DNA of 63,989 bases, counting the filler, from an uncultured bacterium (GTDB lineage Bacteria; CAYJOG01): the NCBI GenBank assembly GCA_964371695.1. It is 22 parts of 22 records of this genome, joined end to end, with 100 filler letters (N's around TTAATTAATTAA, not from the genome) between each part and the next. Parts side by side here need not be neighbours in the genome. Positions count along the whole stretch, not along the records: positions 20,929 to 23,777 come from CAYJOG010000449.1; positions 23,878 to 26,665 come from CAYJOG010000450.1; positions 26,766 to 29,611 come from CAYJOG010000451.1; positions 29,712 to 32,546 come from CAYJOG010000452.1; positions 32,647 to 35,474 come from CAYJOG010000453.1; positions 35,575 to 38,392 come from CAYJOG010000454.1; 16 more parts are not named here. One strand, given 5' to 3'. The notes below the pieces were generated by a model. That model ran no database searches. It saw only the letters and a program-made list of their open reading frames with translations, and was not told where the DNA came from. This document shows, one piece after another, positions 23,358-36,481 of the stretch; within the stretch, counting starts at the first letter, position 1, and every line of letters starts with the position of its first letter. Position numbers and translations under genes: made by a program.

Positions 23358-23587
23358 CACCCCCTCTCCCCTTGAGGGAGAGGGTTGGGGTAATGGGCGC
23401 GGGAGGTCTTTTGGGAATGCGGCAGCATATGTATGCTGCCGGGCACGCCCAGCGGCACGACAGTGCCGGGGTATTCAAAAGAAAAAAAACCAACAAGGTA
23501 TTTTTGCTTCTTGCCCGAACCCCTCACCCGGATGGACTGGCCAAAAAGAGGCCACGCCATCCGACCTCTCCCTCAAGGGGAGAGGTG
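23358..23587. repeat. Pair of CCCTCTCCC..GGGAGAGGG palindromes
   Basis: CCCCTCTCCCCTTGAGGGAGAGGGTTGGGG ... CCCTCACCC..CCTCTCCCTCAAGGGGAGAGG. Confidence 0.75.
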
Positions 23588-23607
23588 AAAAACCGCTTCA
23601 CTGATAA

Positions 23608-23777
<170 letters not shown>

Positions 23778-23968
23778 NNNNNNNNNNNNNNNNNNNNNNN
23801 NNNNNNNNNNNNNNNNNNNNNTTAATTAATTAANNNNNNNNNNNNNNNNNNNNNNNNNNNNNNNNNNNNNNNNNNNNAACAGGACTGCTTGGGTTCTTAA
23901 ACTTCCTGTGCCTCGGATATTTTGGGGCTGTCTCAAAAAATCGAAAACAGAATGTTAAGATTCCCGGC

Positions 23969-26632
23969 ATGTCCCGCTTTCATGTTCTTGCCCCCACGGC
24001 GATTTTCGCCGCTCTGTTTGGCGTGGCCGCACCGCTCAGCGCCAAAACCCCCTGCAACAAGCCGGTGGTTTTTCAGATCAGGGACAAGGCTGATCTGATA
24101 CCCGGTGTGAAGGCCGATGGCCAGGTGGGGGATTACAAAATCTGCAATAACAAGGTGAGTTTTATTGTCGAGGGTTTGCGCAACAGCGACGGTTATCAGC
24201 CCAACGGCGGCATGCTGGTAGACGCTCAGCCCACCCAGGGCCAGCAGAACGACACCTACGGCGAGATCATTCCCCTGTTCAACGTGGGGGGGAACCAGAT
24301 TTTCAAGTTTCGCACTTTTCGCCCCACCAAAATCACGCCTTCTCAGAGGGGCCAGACCGCCGTGCTGACAGTGGAAGGCGAAGATGCCTTGTTTCCAATT
24401 CTGGAAGGCCTGTTGCGGGTGCCCACGGCTTCGCATGGTCTGAAAATCACTTATGAATATGCCCTTGCACTCGGAAGTGGAGACCTTGTGGCAACTGTCA
24501 GGGTGACGCCTTCCAAAAACACGTCGGTGGTGCTGGGCATGGGTTACATGATGGGAGACGGTCTGGAGCGTTTCGCCCCCGGCCTGGGTTATGACCTCTC
24601 CAGCATCAACAACCGCAACCTGCCCTATTTCGGCGCCACCAGCCCTGGTTTCAGTGTGTTGTGGGCCGTGAAGGGCATGCCCTACAAGGTCATCTTCGCC
24701 CGTGGCGGGCCTTATCTGTTCGGTCAATATGGCCGCTTGCCCGCCGCCCCCGACAAACCGGCGGTCTACGAGTTCCACACGCTGGTGGGGCAGGGGGACA
24801 TCGAAACACTCCGCCATCAGGCCCAGGTCATCGCCACCGGTAAACCCCAAAAAGAAAAACTGGTGCGCCTGACGGTGAAGCTCGCCGGACCCGCCGCGCC
24901 CAAACTCAAGGGGCGGCAAGGCTCTGTTTCGGTGCACCTGCTGGGACCGAAAGGAAAAGCTGGCGCGGGTGAAGCCGCAAATGAATCCGAAGCCAACAAA
25001 ATGTTGTTCGCGCCCTTGCCCCCCGGCGAGGGTTCCGCGCCGCCGCCCGATCTCACCTTCATCAGCAGCGCCCGCACCGACGCCAAAGGTGTGGCCGTTT
25101 TCAACGTGCCCGCGGGACAGTACACCCTCATGGCGGGTGAGCCGGGTCTGGGGGCCTATGCGAATAAAAAAGCAGCCGTGGACGGCAAAAAGCCGGTGAC
25201 GGTCACGCTTAATCGCCCCGCCAGTGGTTTGCTGGCGGTGGAAGTTTCGCAAAAAGGAGCGGGGGCCATTCCGGCGCTTTTGCTCATCAAACCCCTGTTC
25301 GTTCTTAAGGACCTGCCCGGTTATGTGGGTCAGAAAACCCTGCACCGGGGATATTCACGCATGGTGTTCCAGGGGCCGAAACCCCAGGCCATGGCGCTGT
25401 TGCCGGGTGAATATNNNNNNNNNNAATATGAGGTGTCGGTGTCGCGGGGTTTTGACTATGGCCTGTTCAGCCAAAAGATAAAGGTGGAGGCCGGAAAAGA
25501 AGCGACGCTCAAGGCGGTGCTGAAAAAACAGGTGGACACCACCGGCTGGCACAGCGGCGATTTTCACCTGCACGCCATGCCCAGCCCCGACAGCGACGAC
25601 GCCCTGCTGGACAAGGTGCTGGCCCTGGCGGCCTATGGCGTGGACGTGGCCGTGGCCACCGACCACAACGTGATTACCGACTACGCCCCCGCAGTGAAAG
25701 AAGCAGGGCTGAGCGGCCATCTGGCCAGCATCATCGGCATGGAGCTGACCACCTTCACCTTTGGCCACTTCAACACGTTCCCCCTGAAGATCGAAGAAGA
25801 AAAAGCCAACAACGGTTTTGACCTGATGGACTATCACAACAAGTCCGTGCCCCAGTTGTTTGACTTCATGAAAAAACAAAGCGGGCCGGAGGTGCTGTTC
25901 CAGCTCAATCACCCCCGCGCCCCCAGCGTGGGCGGATTTTTCAACGCGTCGGGATATAGCCGCGAGGTGGGCAAGGCCACCAACACCGTGAACTTCCCGC
26001 CCGATTTTAACTTCGACGTGATCGAGGCGTTCAACGGCAAACGGGTGCTGCAACTGGCCGAGACATTGCCGGACCTCTACAGCTTTCTGGACCGGGGCAA
26101 ACGGGTGTGGGCCACGGGCAACAGCGACAGCCACCACAGCGACGGTTTTGAGCCGGGTTACCCGCGCAACTATGTGTTCACCGGCCTTAAGTCGGTGCAG
26201 GAGATCACCCCCGCTTTTTACACGGCCCAGGTGCGAGCGGGCAAAATGATGGTGAGCGGCGGCCATTTCATTTCTGCAACGAGCGGCGGCAAGGGCATGG
26301 GAGAGCTTGTGCCCGCTCCGGGCGGCAAGGCAGAACTGGCCGTGAAGGTGCAGGCGGCGGACTGGGTGAGCGCCGATGACCTGATGGTGATTGTGGGGGG
26401 CAAGCCGGTGCAGACGATTTCACTGGCGGGCAAAAAGGGCCTGGTGCGGTTTGATGAAAAAATCCCGCTCACGCTGGAGAAAGACACCTATGTAATGATC
26501 CGCGTGGACGGCAAGGAAAAAATGCCGCCCCTCTACCCCGACGCCACACCCACCAGTTTCACCAACCCCATCTTTTTTGACGTGGACGGCAACGGCAAGT
26601 TCGATGCCCCCCTGGGCGGGAGCTGGCCGTAA
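23969..26632 (+). CDS. Secreted PHP-domain metallohydrolase (CehA/McbA-like) with Ig/carboxypeptidase-regulatory-like domains
   Basis: Signal peptide; GDFHLH, ATDHN, GMELT..GHFN, LNHPR, GNSDSH motifs; internal 10-N scaffold gap. Confidence 0.85.
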   Translation: MSRFHVLAPTAIFAALFGVAAPLSAKTPCNKPVVFQIRDKADLIPGVKADGQVGDYKICNNKVSFIVEGLRNSDGYQPNGGMLVDAQPTQGQQNDTYGEIIPLFNVGGNQIFKFRTFRPTKITPSQRGQTAVLTVEGEDALFPILEGLLRVPTASHGLKITYEYALALGSGDLVATVRVTPSKNTSVVLGMGYMMGDGLERFAPGLGYDLSSINNRNLPYFGATSPGFSVLWAVKGMPYKVIFARGGPYLFGQYGRLPAAPDKPAVYEFHTLVGQGDIETLRHQAQVIATGKPQKEKLVRLTVKLAGPAAPKLKGRQGSVSVHLLGPKGKAGAGEAANESEANKMLFAPLPPGEGSAPPPDLTFISSARTDAKGVAVFNVPAGQYTLMAGEPGLGAYANKKAAVDGKKPVTVTLNRPASGLLAVEVSQKGAGAIPALLLIKPLFVLKDLPGYVGQKTLHRGYSRMVFQGPKPQAMALLPGEYXXXXYEVSVSRGFDYGLFSQKIKVEAGKEATLKAVLKKQVDTTGWHSGDFHLHAMPSPDSDDALLDKVLALAAYGVDVAVATDHNVITDYAPAVKEAGLSGHLASIIGMELTTFTFGHFNTFPLKIEEEKANNGFDLMDYHNKSVPQLFDFMKKQSGPEVLFQLNHPRAPSVGGFFNASGYSREVGKATNTVNFPPDFNFDVIEAFNGKRVLQLAETLPDLYSFLDRGKRVWATGNSDSHHSDGFEPGYPRNYVFTGLKSVQEITPAFYTAQVRAGKMMVSGGHFISATSGGKGMGELVPAPGGKAELAVKVQAADWVSADDLMVIVGGKPVQTISLAGKKGLVRFDEKIPLTLEKDTYVMIRVDGKEKMPPLYPDATPTSFTNPIFFDVDGNGKFDAPLGGSWP

Positions 26633-26765
26633 GACGCCTTGGAAAGTGGGGTGCTTTACTGAGGTNNNNNNNNNNNNNNNNNNNNNNNNNNNNNNNNNNN
26701 NNNNNNNNNTTAATTAATTAANNNNNNNNNNNNNNNNNNNNNNNNNNNNNNNNNNNNNNNNNNNN

Positions 26766-29431
<2,666 letters not shown>

Positions 29432-29474
29432 TCTGCGCCAGACCAGACAGCCGGAAGAACCTGAACGAATCTTC

Positions 29475-29506
29475 AAGAACCCCAGGGAAACCTGGGGTTC
29501 TTTGTT
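29475..29506 (+). terminator. Intrinsic terminator after rpoC
   Basis: AAGAACCCCAGG-GAAA-CCTGGGGTTCTT-TGTT. Confidence 0.75.
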
Positions 29507-29553
29507 GTGCGGCGGGGGTCTTGCTGTGGCCGGGGCGCAGGGTGCACCCATAC

Positions 29554-29611
29554 CAGGGTGTTGAGAAAGTCCCTCCTGGTCTTTCTCAACCCATTTTGCT
29601 CAAGCAAAGCT
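29554..29611 (+). mobile_element. Left part of a MITE / four-helix element, cut by the contig end; close homologue of 62631..62779
   Basis: CAGGGTGTTGAGAAAGTCCCTCCTGGTCTTTCTCAACCCATTTTGCTCAAGCAAAGCT. Confidence 0.85.
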
Positions 29612-29711
29612 NNNNNNNNNNNNNNNNNNNNNNNNNNNNNNNNNNNNNNNNNNNNTTAATTAATTAANNNNNNNNNNNNNNNNNNNNNNNNNNNNNNNNN
29701 NNNNNNNNNNN

Positions 29712-30514
29712 CACCGGGCCTGCGCCAAGCGGCACTGCCCGACCACGCGGTGGTGACGCGCCACGAGCCAGAAAAGAGCCTGGTGAAGGGGCTGCGCAAA
29801 ACCGGGGGCCGCAACAACACCGGCAAGATTTCCTGTCGCCACAAAGGCGGCGGCAACCGGCGCAAATACCGGGAGATCGACTTCAAGCGCCGCCGCAAGG
29901 CGGGGGTGCCCGCCAAGGTGATGGGCATTGAGTATGACCCCAACCGCACCTGTCACATTGCGCTGTTGCAATACGTAGACGGCGAAAAGGCTTACATCCT
30001 GGCTCCCCGCGACGTGAAGGTGGGCGACGTGTTGCAGTCGGGCCCCGGCTCTGAGGTGCGTTCCGGCAACATGGTGCCCCTCAGCGAAGTGCCCTTCGGC
30101 ACGTTCATCCACAACGTCGAACTGCACCCCGGCCAGGGCGGCAAAATGGTGCGCAGCGCGGGCGCGGGCGCACAGCTCATGGCCCGCGAAAAGGGCTACG
30201 CGGCCATCAAGCTGCCCTCTGGCGAAATGCGGCAAATCTCTGAGTTGTGTTGGGCCACCGTGGGCCAGGTGGGCCACGATGAATGGCGTAACGTGAGTTA
30301 TGGCAAGGCGGGCCGCAAACGCTGGCTGGGCGTGAAGCCCACCGTGCGCGGCACCGTGATGAACCCTGTGGATCACCCCCACGGCGGCGGCGAAGGCCGC
30401 AACTCCAACGCGGGCGGTCACCCGTGCAGCCCCTGGGGCATTCCGGCCAAGGGTGGTAAAACCCGCAAAAAGAAAGCGTCTGACAAATACATCATTCGGC
30501 GGAGGAAGAAATAA
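29712..30514 (+). CDS. rplB: 50S ribosomal protein L2 (5' truncated)
   Basis: [19 protein letters not shown]. Confidence 0.98.
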
Positions 30515-30786
30515 TGCCCCGTTCGCTCAAAAAAGGCCCCTTTGTGGCTGAGCATCTCGTGAAAAAGGTGCGCAAGGCCAAAAAAGAAGGCGATCGCAAA
30601 CCCATCAAGACCTGGAGCCGCGCCAGCATGGTGTTGCCCGAAATGGTGAGTCTCACCATCGCGGTGCATGATGGCCGCAAACACGTCCCCGTGTTCATCA
30701 CGGAAAACATGGTGGGCCACCGCCTGGGAGAGTTTGCGCTCACCCGCACCTACAAGGGCCACACCAGCAAGTCGGATAAAAAATAA
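30514..30786 (+). CDS. rpsS: 30S ribosomal protein S19
   Basis: [18 protein letters not shown]. Confidence 0.98.
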   Translation: MPRSLKKGPFVAEHLVKKVRKAKKEGDRKPIKTWSRASMVLPEMVSLTIAVHDGRKHVPVFITENMVGHRLGEFALTRTYKGHTSKSDKK

Positions 30787-30801
30787 GGGCAGGAGACGGA
30801 C

Positions 30802-31155
30802 ATGGCACAACCCCAACACAGCACAGAGGTAAAAGTACGTTATGTGCGCATGTCCTCCACCAAGTTGCGCCGCGTGGGCAAACTGGTGGAAGGCAAGCCG
30901 CTTGAAGAAGCCGCAACGATTCTCAAGTTTCTTCCTCAGCGGGCCGCGCCGGTGCTGCTCAAGGCGGTCAACTCCGCCACGGCCAACGTGACCAACAATC
31001 TGAACGACGATCACCGTTTGTACCGCGTGAAGCAGGTGCTGGTGGATGACGGCCCCATGATGAAACGCACCCGGCCACGGGCGCAGGGCAGGGCCTTCCG
31101 TGTCCGCAAACGCACCTCGCACGTCACCATCACCATCGAAAGGCAGGAGGGCTAG
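30802..31155 (+). CDS. rplV: 50S ribosomal protein L22
   Basis: PRAQGRA..RKRTSH; operon position. Confidence 0.97.
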   Translation: MAQPQHSTEVKVRYVRMSSTKLRRVGKLVEGKPLEEAATILKFLPQRAAPVLLKAVNSATANVTNNLNDDHRLYRVKQVLVDDGPMMKRTRPRAQGRAFRVRKRTSHVTITIERQEG

Positions 31156-31158
31156 GTC

Positions 31159-31863
31159 ATGGGCCAAAAAATCCACCCCATCGGGTTTCGTCTCGGCGTG
31201 ATTGAAGACTGGCAGAGCAAGTGGTACGCCTCCAAGGATTACCGCAGCACTTTTCTGCAGGACCTCGAACTGCGGGACCTCATCGAGAACTGGGACTTTG
31301 CGCAAAACCGCAAGGCCCGCCGCCGCGAAATCACCCGTGGCCGCGTGAAACCCCATTTCATTTCCAAGGTGCTCATCGAGCGGTATCCCAAAAGCGTCAA
31401 CATCACCCTGCACACCGCGCGACCCAGCGTGGTGATCGGCAGCAAGGGCCAGAGCATTGAAGCGCTGCGCAAGGCCGTGGGCGAACTGGTGGGCAAGCAG
31501 GCCAACATTCTGGTGCAGGAAGTGAAAAACCCCAGCCTGGACGCCCAGTATCTGGCCGTGCAGGTGGCCAAGAGCCTGGAGCGTCGCGCCAGCCACAAAC
31601 GCACCATGAAGCAGGCCATTGACCAAGTGATGGCCGCCGGAGCCGAGGGCGTGCGCATTCGTTGCGCCGGACGCCTGGGCGGCGCGGAAATGGGCCGCAC
31701 CGAGTGGTACATCCAGGGCCGGGTGCCGCTGCACACGCTGCGCGCCCGCATTGATTTCGCCCAGTCCACCGCCTATACCACCTATGGCACAACCGGTGTG
31801 AAGGTGTGGGTCTACAAGGGCGCGGTGGACACGTCTGAGGCGCTTGCGGTGCGCCAGTCCTGA
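31159..31863 (+). CDS. rpsC: 30S ribosomal protein S3
   Basis: MGQKIHPIGFRLG, GRVPLHTLRA. Confidence 0.98.
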   Translation: MGQKIHPIGFRLGVIEDWQSKWYASKDYRSTFLQDLELRDLIENWDFAQNRKARRREITRGRVKPHFISKVLIERYPKSVNITLHTARPSVVIGSKGQSIEALRKAVGELVGKQANILVQEVKNPSLDAQYLAVQVAKSLERRASHKRTMKQAIDQVMAAGAEGVRIRCAGRLGGAEMGRTEWYIQGRVPLHTLRARIDFAQSTAYTTYGTTGVKVWVYKGAVDTSEALAVRQS

Positions 31864-31889
31864 AGGGAAGAAAGAGCAGGTAACAAACC

Positions 31890-32309
31890 ATGTTAATGCC
31901 AGCAAAAACAAAGTTCCGCCGCCACCACCGGGGCAAAATGAAGGGCGCCGCCAAGGGTGGCGTGGCCTTGAACTTTGGCGAAATCGGCCTGAAATCACTG
32001 GATTCCGGCTGGATCACCAGCCGCCAGATTGAAAGCGCCCGTGTCGCCATGACCCGCCACATCAAACGCGGCGGCAAGGTGTGGATCACCATCTTTCCCG
32101 ACAAAGCCGTGAGCAAAAAACCCGCCGAAACCCGCATGGGGTCCGGCAAGGGTGCGCCGGAGTTCTGGGTGGCCGTGGTGCGGCCCGGCCGGGTGCTGTT
32201 TGAACTGGGTGGCGTGAACAAGGAACTGGGCCGCCGCGCCCTGGAACTGGCCGCCGCCAAACTGCCTCTGAAAACCAAGATCGTGGAGAAAGAGGAGGTG
32301 CCCTTGTGA
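31890..32309 (+). CDS. rplP: 50S ribosomal protein L16
   Basis: [12 protein letters not shown]. Confidence 0.98.
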   Translation: MLMPAKTKFRRHHRGKMKGAAKGGVALNFGEIGLKSLDSGWITSRQIESARVAMTRHIKRGGKVWITIFPDKAVSKKPAETRMGSGKGAPEFWVAVVRPGRVLFELGGVNKELGRRALELAAAKLPLKTKIVEKEEVPL

Positions 32310-32515
32310 AAATGCAGGAGATCCGCAGCATGGAAACCAGGGAACAACTGGACAAAGCCGAAGAGATGAAAAAAGACCTTCTCTTCATGCGCATGAAAGC
32401 CAGCATGGGGCAGTTGGGCAATACCCGCGAAATCCGCAAGGTGAAAAAAGACGTGGCCCGTGTGCTCACCGCGCTGAACGAGGCGACATCAGAGAAAAGT
32501 GAGGCCAAGGAATGA
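32306..32515 (+). CDS. rpmC: 50S ribosomal protein L29
   Basis: [13 protein letters not shown]; operon position. Confidence 0.95.
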   Translation: MKMQEIRSMETREQLDKAEEMKKDLLFMRMKASMGQLGNTREIRKVKKDVARVLTALNEATSEKSEAKE

Positions 32516-32546
32516 GCCAGCCAACAACCGAGGTTCAGGGCAAAGC
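32512..32546 (+). CDS. rpsQ: Probable start of 30S ribosomal protein S17
   Basis: ATGA overlap with the rpmC stop; called from position only. Confidence 0.55.
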
Positions 32547-32669
32547 NNNNNNNNNNNNNNNNNNNNNNNNNNNNNNNNNNNNNNNNNNNNTTAATTAATT
32601 AANNNNNNNNNNNNNNNNNNNNNNNNNNNNNNNNNNNNNNNNNNNNAGACCGTGACCGAACGCAAGTGA

Positions 32670-32850
32670 GGTCACGGGCGGGTGAGGGGGAACAGGCTGG
32701 GTAGAAAGAATCAGGCTTTTTTCAAAAGTTCTCATTCCCCCTCACCCGCCTCAGATTTCGCTTCGCTCAACCTTCGGCTGCCCTCTCCCTCAGGGAGAGG
32801 GCAAGAAAAAATGCTCTTGTTACGTCCACGTCTACTCCGAAAATGCTCTA
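32670..32850 (-). repeat. TAGAGC-ended MITE with a CCCTCTCCC/GGGTGAGGG palindrome pair
   Basis: Matches 61575..61663 and 63914..63989. Confidence 0.85.
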
Positions 32851-32965
32851 GGAGAACCCGCACCCGAAAACCGGAGCTTGAAAAAAGCGCAGATTTTCGC
32901 GCTCGATACGGGGCTTTGCCCCGGTTACGGCGTTCGAAAAAATCCACGGAGGGATTTTTGAGGTA
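32851..32965 (-). repeat. Four-helix element, degenerate copy
   Basis: On the - strand: AAAAATCC-ctccgt-GGATTTTT / GGGC-AAA-GCCC / CGAAAATC..GGTTTTCG; fourth helix eroded. Confidence 0.65.
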
Positions 32966-32977
32966 AGTTTTATAGCC

Positions 32978-33253
32978 ATGACCGCAAGCCGGTTTGTCAT
33001 CACGGGACGTGTGCAGGGTGTGAGTTTTCGCGCCGCCACACAGCGGGAGGCCAGCCGCCTGGGGCTGACGGGCTGGGTGCGCAACCTGCCCACCGGTCAG
33101 GTGGAATGTTTCGCCCAGGGCCAGAAGCCGGCGCTGATGGAACTGGCCGCCTGGCTGCACCACGGCCCCCCCTACGCCCAGGTCACCGGCGTGGACGAGG
33201 CCCCCGCCGACCCGGACACCCGCCTGTCGGGCTTCCACATCCGGTACGACTGA
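32978..33253 (+). CDS. acyP: Acylphosphatase
   Basis: GRVQGVSFR, GWVRN. Confidence 0.95.
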   Translation: MTASRFVITGRVQGVSFRAATQREASRLGLTGWVRNLPTGQVECFAQGQKPALMELAAWLHHGPPYAQVTGVDEAPADPDTRLSGFHIRYD

Positions 33254-33326
33254 CAGACAGGCCCACCCAGCCCCCCGCCGTCATTTCCCAGCAAATGGAT
33301 TTTTCAGGGTGTTTTTCAATACCCTG

Positions 33327-34310
33327 CTACTCCACCACCAACTGGCGGGCCACGCGGTACACGGCGGTCACCTGGCTCACGTCCTTGGGCAGGCCGTCGA
33401 TGGGGTCCAGGTTGATGAGCACACCCGTGGCCAGGGCGAACTTGATGAGCTTGCTGGGGTTCTCACCCAGAAACGACTTTTTCATGCCGAACATCAGGCG
33501 TTTTTCTTTGACGGCGCAACGGATGAAAGACGTGTCCACCGTAATGCCGCCTTTGTCATAAATCGTCATGCAGGCCTCGCGCTGCACCAGCCGCGCCAAG
33601 GGGGCATAAACCGGCAGAAAACCTTTCATCAGGTCATTGCGGGCCTTGTCCATGTTCAGCACCCCCAACACGCGGGCGTTGATGCTGGGCGGGTTCACCG
33701 TGCCTTCGGTGATGGCCCCCTCGGCCCGCATTTCAAAAAACACTTCCTGGTCGTTTTCGCCAAAAAAAGCTTCGCGGATATCCATCTCCGCGCCGATCAC
33801 CGCTTCGCTGTCGTCGGGTTCCTGATCCACCGCCGACGCCTGCAGGCAGGGGTCGTCAAAGGGTGGCCACGCGGTGCTCACCGGGCAGGGCGATTCCAGA
33901 TAGGTGTTCTCGCCCGTGTCGCTGGCCCCGATGCCCCACTGCACCACGTCGCCTGCTTCAAAGGGGCCAAGGGTCGCCTCAAACCAGTCCTCGGTGGCGC
34001 GCTTCATGTCCACGCGCTGCAAGGGGCCTTTTTCGCCCACGCGATAGGCCACCCAGGTCTCCACGGTTTCGCGGCTGGTGCGGTTGCGATCGTTGTGAAT
34101 CTCGGCCCGCACCCGAATGACCTCACCGGCCTTGGGTTTTTCGGGCGACACCTGCACCATGAACACTTCGGGGGTGTACTGGCTGTCTTGCAGGTTTTCC
34201 ATCACCTCCACCAGGCGGTCTGGAATGTTGGCCGAAAAATCGGCAGCACGCGCCGACGCAGCCAGCCCAAGGGCCAGCAGGGGCAAAAACAACCGAGTGG
34301 CGCGCACCAT
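33327..34310 (-). CDS. Secreted hypothetical protein
   Basis: Clear signal peptide (ARA|AD), acidic beta-rich body, 4 Cys. Confidence 0.75.
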   Translation of the reverse strand: MVRATRLFLPLLALGLAASARAADFSANIPDRLVEVMENLQDSQYTPEVFMVQVSPEKPKAGEVIRVRAEIHNDRNRTSRETVETWVAYRVGEKGPLQRVDMKRATEDWFEATLGPFEAGDVVQWGIGASDTGENTYLESPCPVSTAWPPFDDPCLQASAVDQEPDDSEAVIGAEMDIREAFFGENDQEVFFEMRAEGAITEGTVNPPSINARVLGVLNMDKARNDLMKGFLPVYAPLARLVQREACMTIYDKGGITVDTSFIRCAVKEKRLMFGMKKSFLGENPSKLIKFALATGVLINLDPIDGLPKDVSQVTAVYRVARQLVVE

Positions 34311-34384
34311 GGAGGCATTGTAGTCATTGACACCAGGATTGCCGGGTTCTGGCGGTTTTCCCCATTTTTTAACACAATGCTTTA

Positions 34385-35131
34385 ATGCCTCAACCTGGCT
34401 CCACCGATTCTTCTGTTCCGGTTTATGTCGCCCTGGACTTTCCTTCTCTGGCGGAAACCCGCCGCTGGCTCACGCCTCTGCCGCAGATTCGCCACGTGAA
34501 GGTGGGTCTGGAGCTGTATCTGAGCCAGAGCGAGAGCCAGCGGGACTTTTGGGCCTATCTGCACGACACGGGGCGGCAGGTGTTTTTGGACCTCAAACTG
34601 CACGACATCCCCAACACCGTGGCGGGGGCGGTGCGGTCGCTGGGGCGGGCCTTTGAAGATTTCCCCGGCCTGCTGCAACTCACCACCCTGCACGCGGCGG
34701 GGGGGGCAGAAATGCTGGGGGCCGCCCGCGCAGCCCGCGACGACGCCTTTGGCCCAGGCGGCCCGGCGCTGCTGGGCGTGACCGTGCTCACCAGCCTTTC
34801 GGACACCGACACCACCCACTGGCCTGGCGGCGCAGGCCGGGGGCCGTGGGTGTCTGCGCTGGCGGAAATCTGCCGCGAAAATGGCGTGGACGGCGTGGTG
34901 ACCAGCGTGCATGAAGCCCCCCTGGTGCGGCGGCTCTGGCCCCAGGCCCTGGTGGTGACCCCTGGCATTCGCTGGGACAAAAACACCGCTGACCAAAAGG
35001 CCGTGGGCGGTGTGGCTCAGGCCATCGGCGCAGGGGCCACGCATCTGGTGGTGGGGCGGCCCATCACACAGGCAGAAGACCCGGCGGCGGCCTATGACAC
35101 CTGCCTCAAACTCATTCAGGCGGCGGAGTAA
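34385..35131 (+). CDS. pyrF: Orotidine-5'-phosphate decarboxylase
   Basis: VALD, FLDLKLHDIPNTV, VTPGIR, VVGRPI. Confidence 0.97.
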   Translation: MPQPGSTDSSVPVYVALDFPSLAETRRWLTPLPQIRHVKVGLELYLSQSESQRDFWAYLHDTGRQVFLDLKLHDIPNTVAGAVRSLGRAFEDFPGLLQLTTLHAAGGAEMLGAARAARDDAFGPGGPALLGVTVLTSLSDTDTTHWPGGAGRGPWVSALAEICRENGVDGVVTSVHEAPLVRRLWPQALVVTPGIRWDKNTADQKAVGGVAQAIGAGATHLVVGRPITQAEDPAAAYDTCLKLIQAAE

Positions 35132-35161
35132 TGATCTTTTTTCAGAAAGGTTTCCAGAAAA

Positions 35162-35370
35162 CCATTGCCCGGTTACCTGTAGCCCCGGCGTCTCGCCGGG
35201 AGAATGAAAACCGCCGCAGGCGGCGCAAAACAGCTGTTTTTCAGGGAAACCGGATGAAAGGGCAACAAGGTGCGCGCCTGTGGCGCGGCAAATACTCCCG
35301 GCGAGACGCCGGGGCTACGTTAATAAACCCCTTTAATTCCTCAACTTTTTTCATGAATCTGGCGGCATTG
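35162..35370. repeat. REPIN-like inverted GTAG REP pair inside a CATTGC-ended element
   Basis: GTAGCCCCGGCGTCTCGCCGGGAG ... CTCCCGGCGAGACGCCGGGGCTAC; right half homologous to 49874..49968. Confidence 0.85.
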
Positions 35371-35662
35371 AGGATGGTGTCCTCACCGCAAGAAGGACTT
35401 GTGTTTTTGTTGTTGTGCCTGCTGCTGGGGGGGTGCGGCACCGACCGGGCCAAACGCAGCACACCCACCAGCGGNNNNNNNNNNNNNNNNNNNNNNNNNN
35501 NNNNNNNNNNNNNNNNNNTTAATTAATTAANNNNNNNNNNNNNNNNNNNNNNNNNNNNNNNNNNNNNNNNNNNNTTTTTTGCTCCCGGCGGGACGCCGGG
35601 GCTACCAATAAACCTGACAGCAATGGGCGTTGCGCCTGCTCAATGCACTTCATGAAATGTTT

Positions 35663-36424
35663 TTAACCCAGCGCGATGCTGCTCAGCATCAGGCCCTTCA
35701 CGCCGCCGTCGCGGCGGTTGGAGAAAAAATATTCCGCCTCGCTGAAGGTGCAGCGGGCAAGTGTGTGGACACAGGCGGCGGGCACACCGGCCCGTGTCAG
35801 GCGCAACACCGCCTCCTGTTTCAGGTCAAACAGCCACCGGCCCGGCGTGGGAGATGGCGCGAGCGAAGAGGCGTCGAAAAAACCGGCAAAATCACCGCTG
35901 ACTTCATACACCGATTGGCTGATGCAAGGTCCCAGCCAGGCCAGCAGTTCGTCGGCGGGCGCGCCCAGTGCCGCGAGGGCGGACAAGCTGGTTTCAATCA
36001 GGTTTTTTTGCAGGCTGCGCCAGCCGCAGTGCAGCGCCGCCACGGCCCCGCCGCCCCGGTGGGCCAGCAGCACTGGCAGGCAATCCGCCGTGGTCACGCT
36101 CAGCACAAGGCCGGGGGTGGTGGTGATCAGGCCATCCACGCCGGGAACGGCGCTCTTGCGGTCGTTCACCCCCCGGCCTGCGTGAGAGGCGTCCGCCACC
36201 AGCACTTCACCGCCATGCACCTGTTCACCCAAAACGGCGTCCTGCCCGAACTGCTCCAGCCACAACCGGCGGGCCAGCAACACCTGGGGTGGCGGTGGGT
36301 CTTCCTTCCAGCCCAGCGAGGTTTTTTCTGTTCCCAGCGCGTTGGCGCTGAAGCCATACACCACCCCCTGCGGCGCGGGGGCCTGTGGCATGGTCAGGTT
36401 GAGAAACGGTGTGGCCGGGGCCAT
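35663..36424 (-). CDS. pgeF: YfiH/PgeF family (laccase-domain) protein
   Basis: QVHG, TADCLPV, HCGWR, GPCI, FFSNRR. Confidence 0.92.
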   Translation of the reverse strand: MAPATPFLNLTMPQAPAPQGVVYGFSANALGTEKTSLGWKEDPPPPQVLLARRLWLEQFGQDAVLGEQVHGGEVLVADASHAGRGVNDRKSAVPGVDGLITTTPGLVLSVTTADCLPVLLAHRGGGAVAALHCGWRSLQKNLIETSLSALAALGAPADELLAWLGPCISQSVYEVSGDFAGFFDASSLAPSPTPGRWLFDLKQEAVLRLTRAGVPAACVHTLARCTFSEAEYFFSNRRDGGVKGLMLSSIALG

Positions 36425-36481
36425 GGCCGACAGTGTGCCGGTTTGCCGTGACTGTCTCAATCGCCGGATTACAATTCGCCC

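Noticed and set aside
25415-25424. Possible break or frameshift in the PHP hydrolase
   Set aside because: AATAT is duplicated on both sides of the 10 Ns, indicating an unmerged overlap; the frame is intact.
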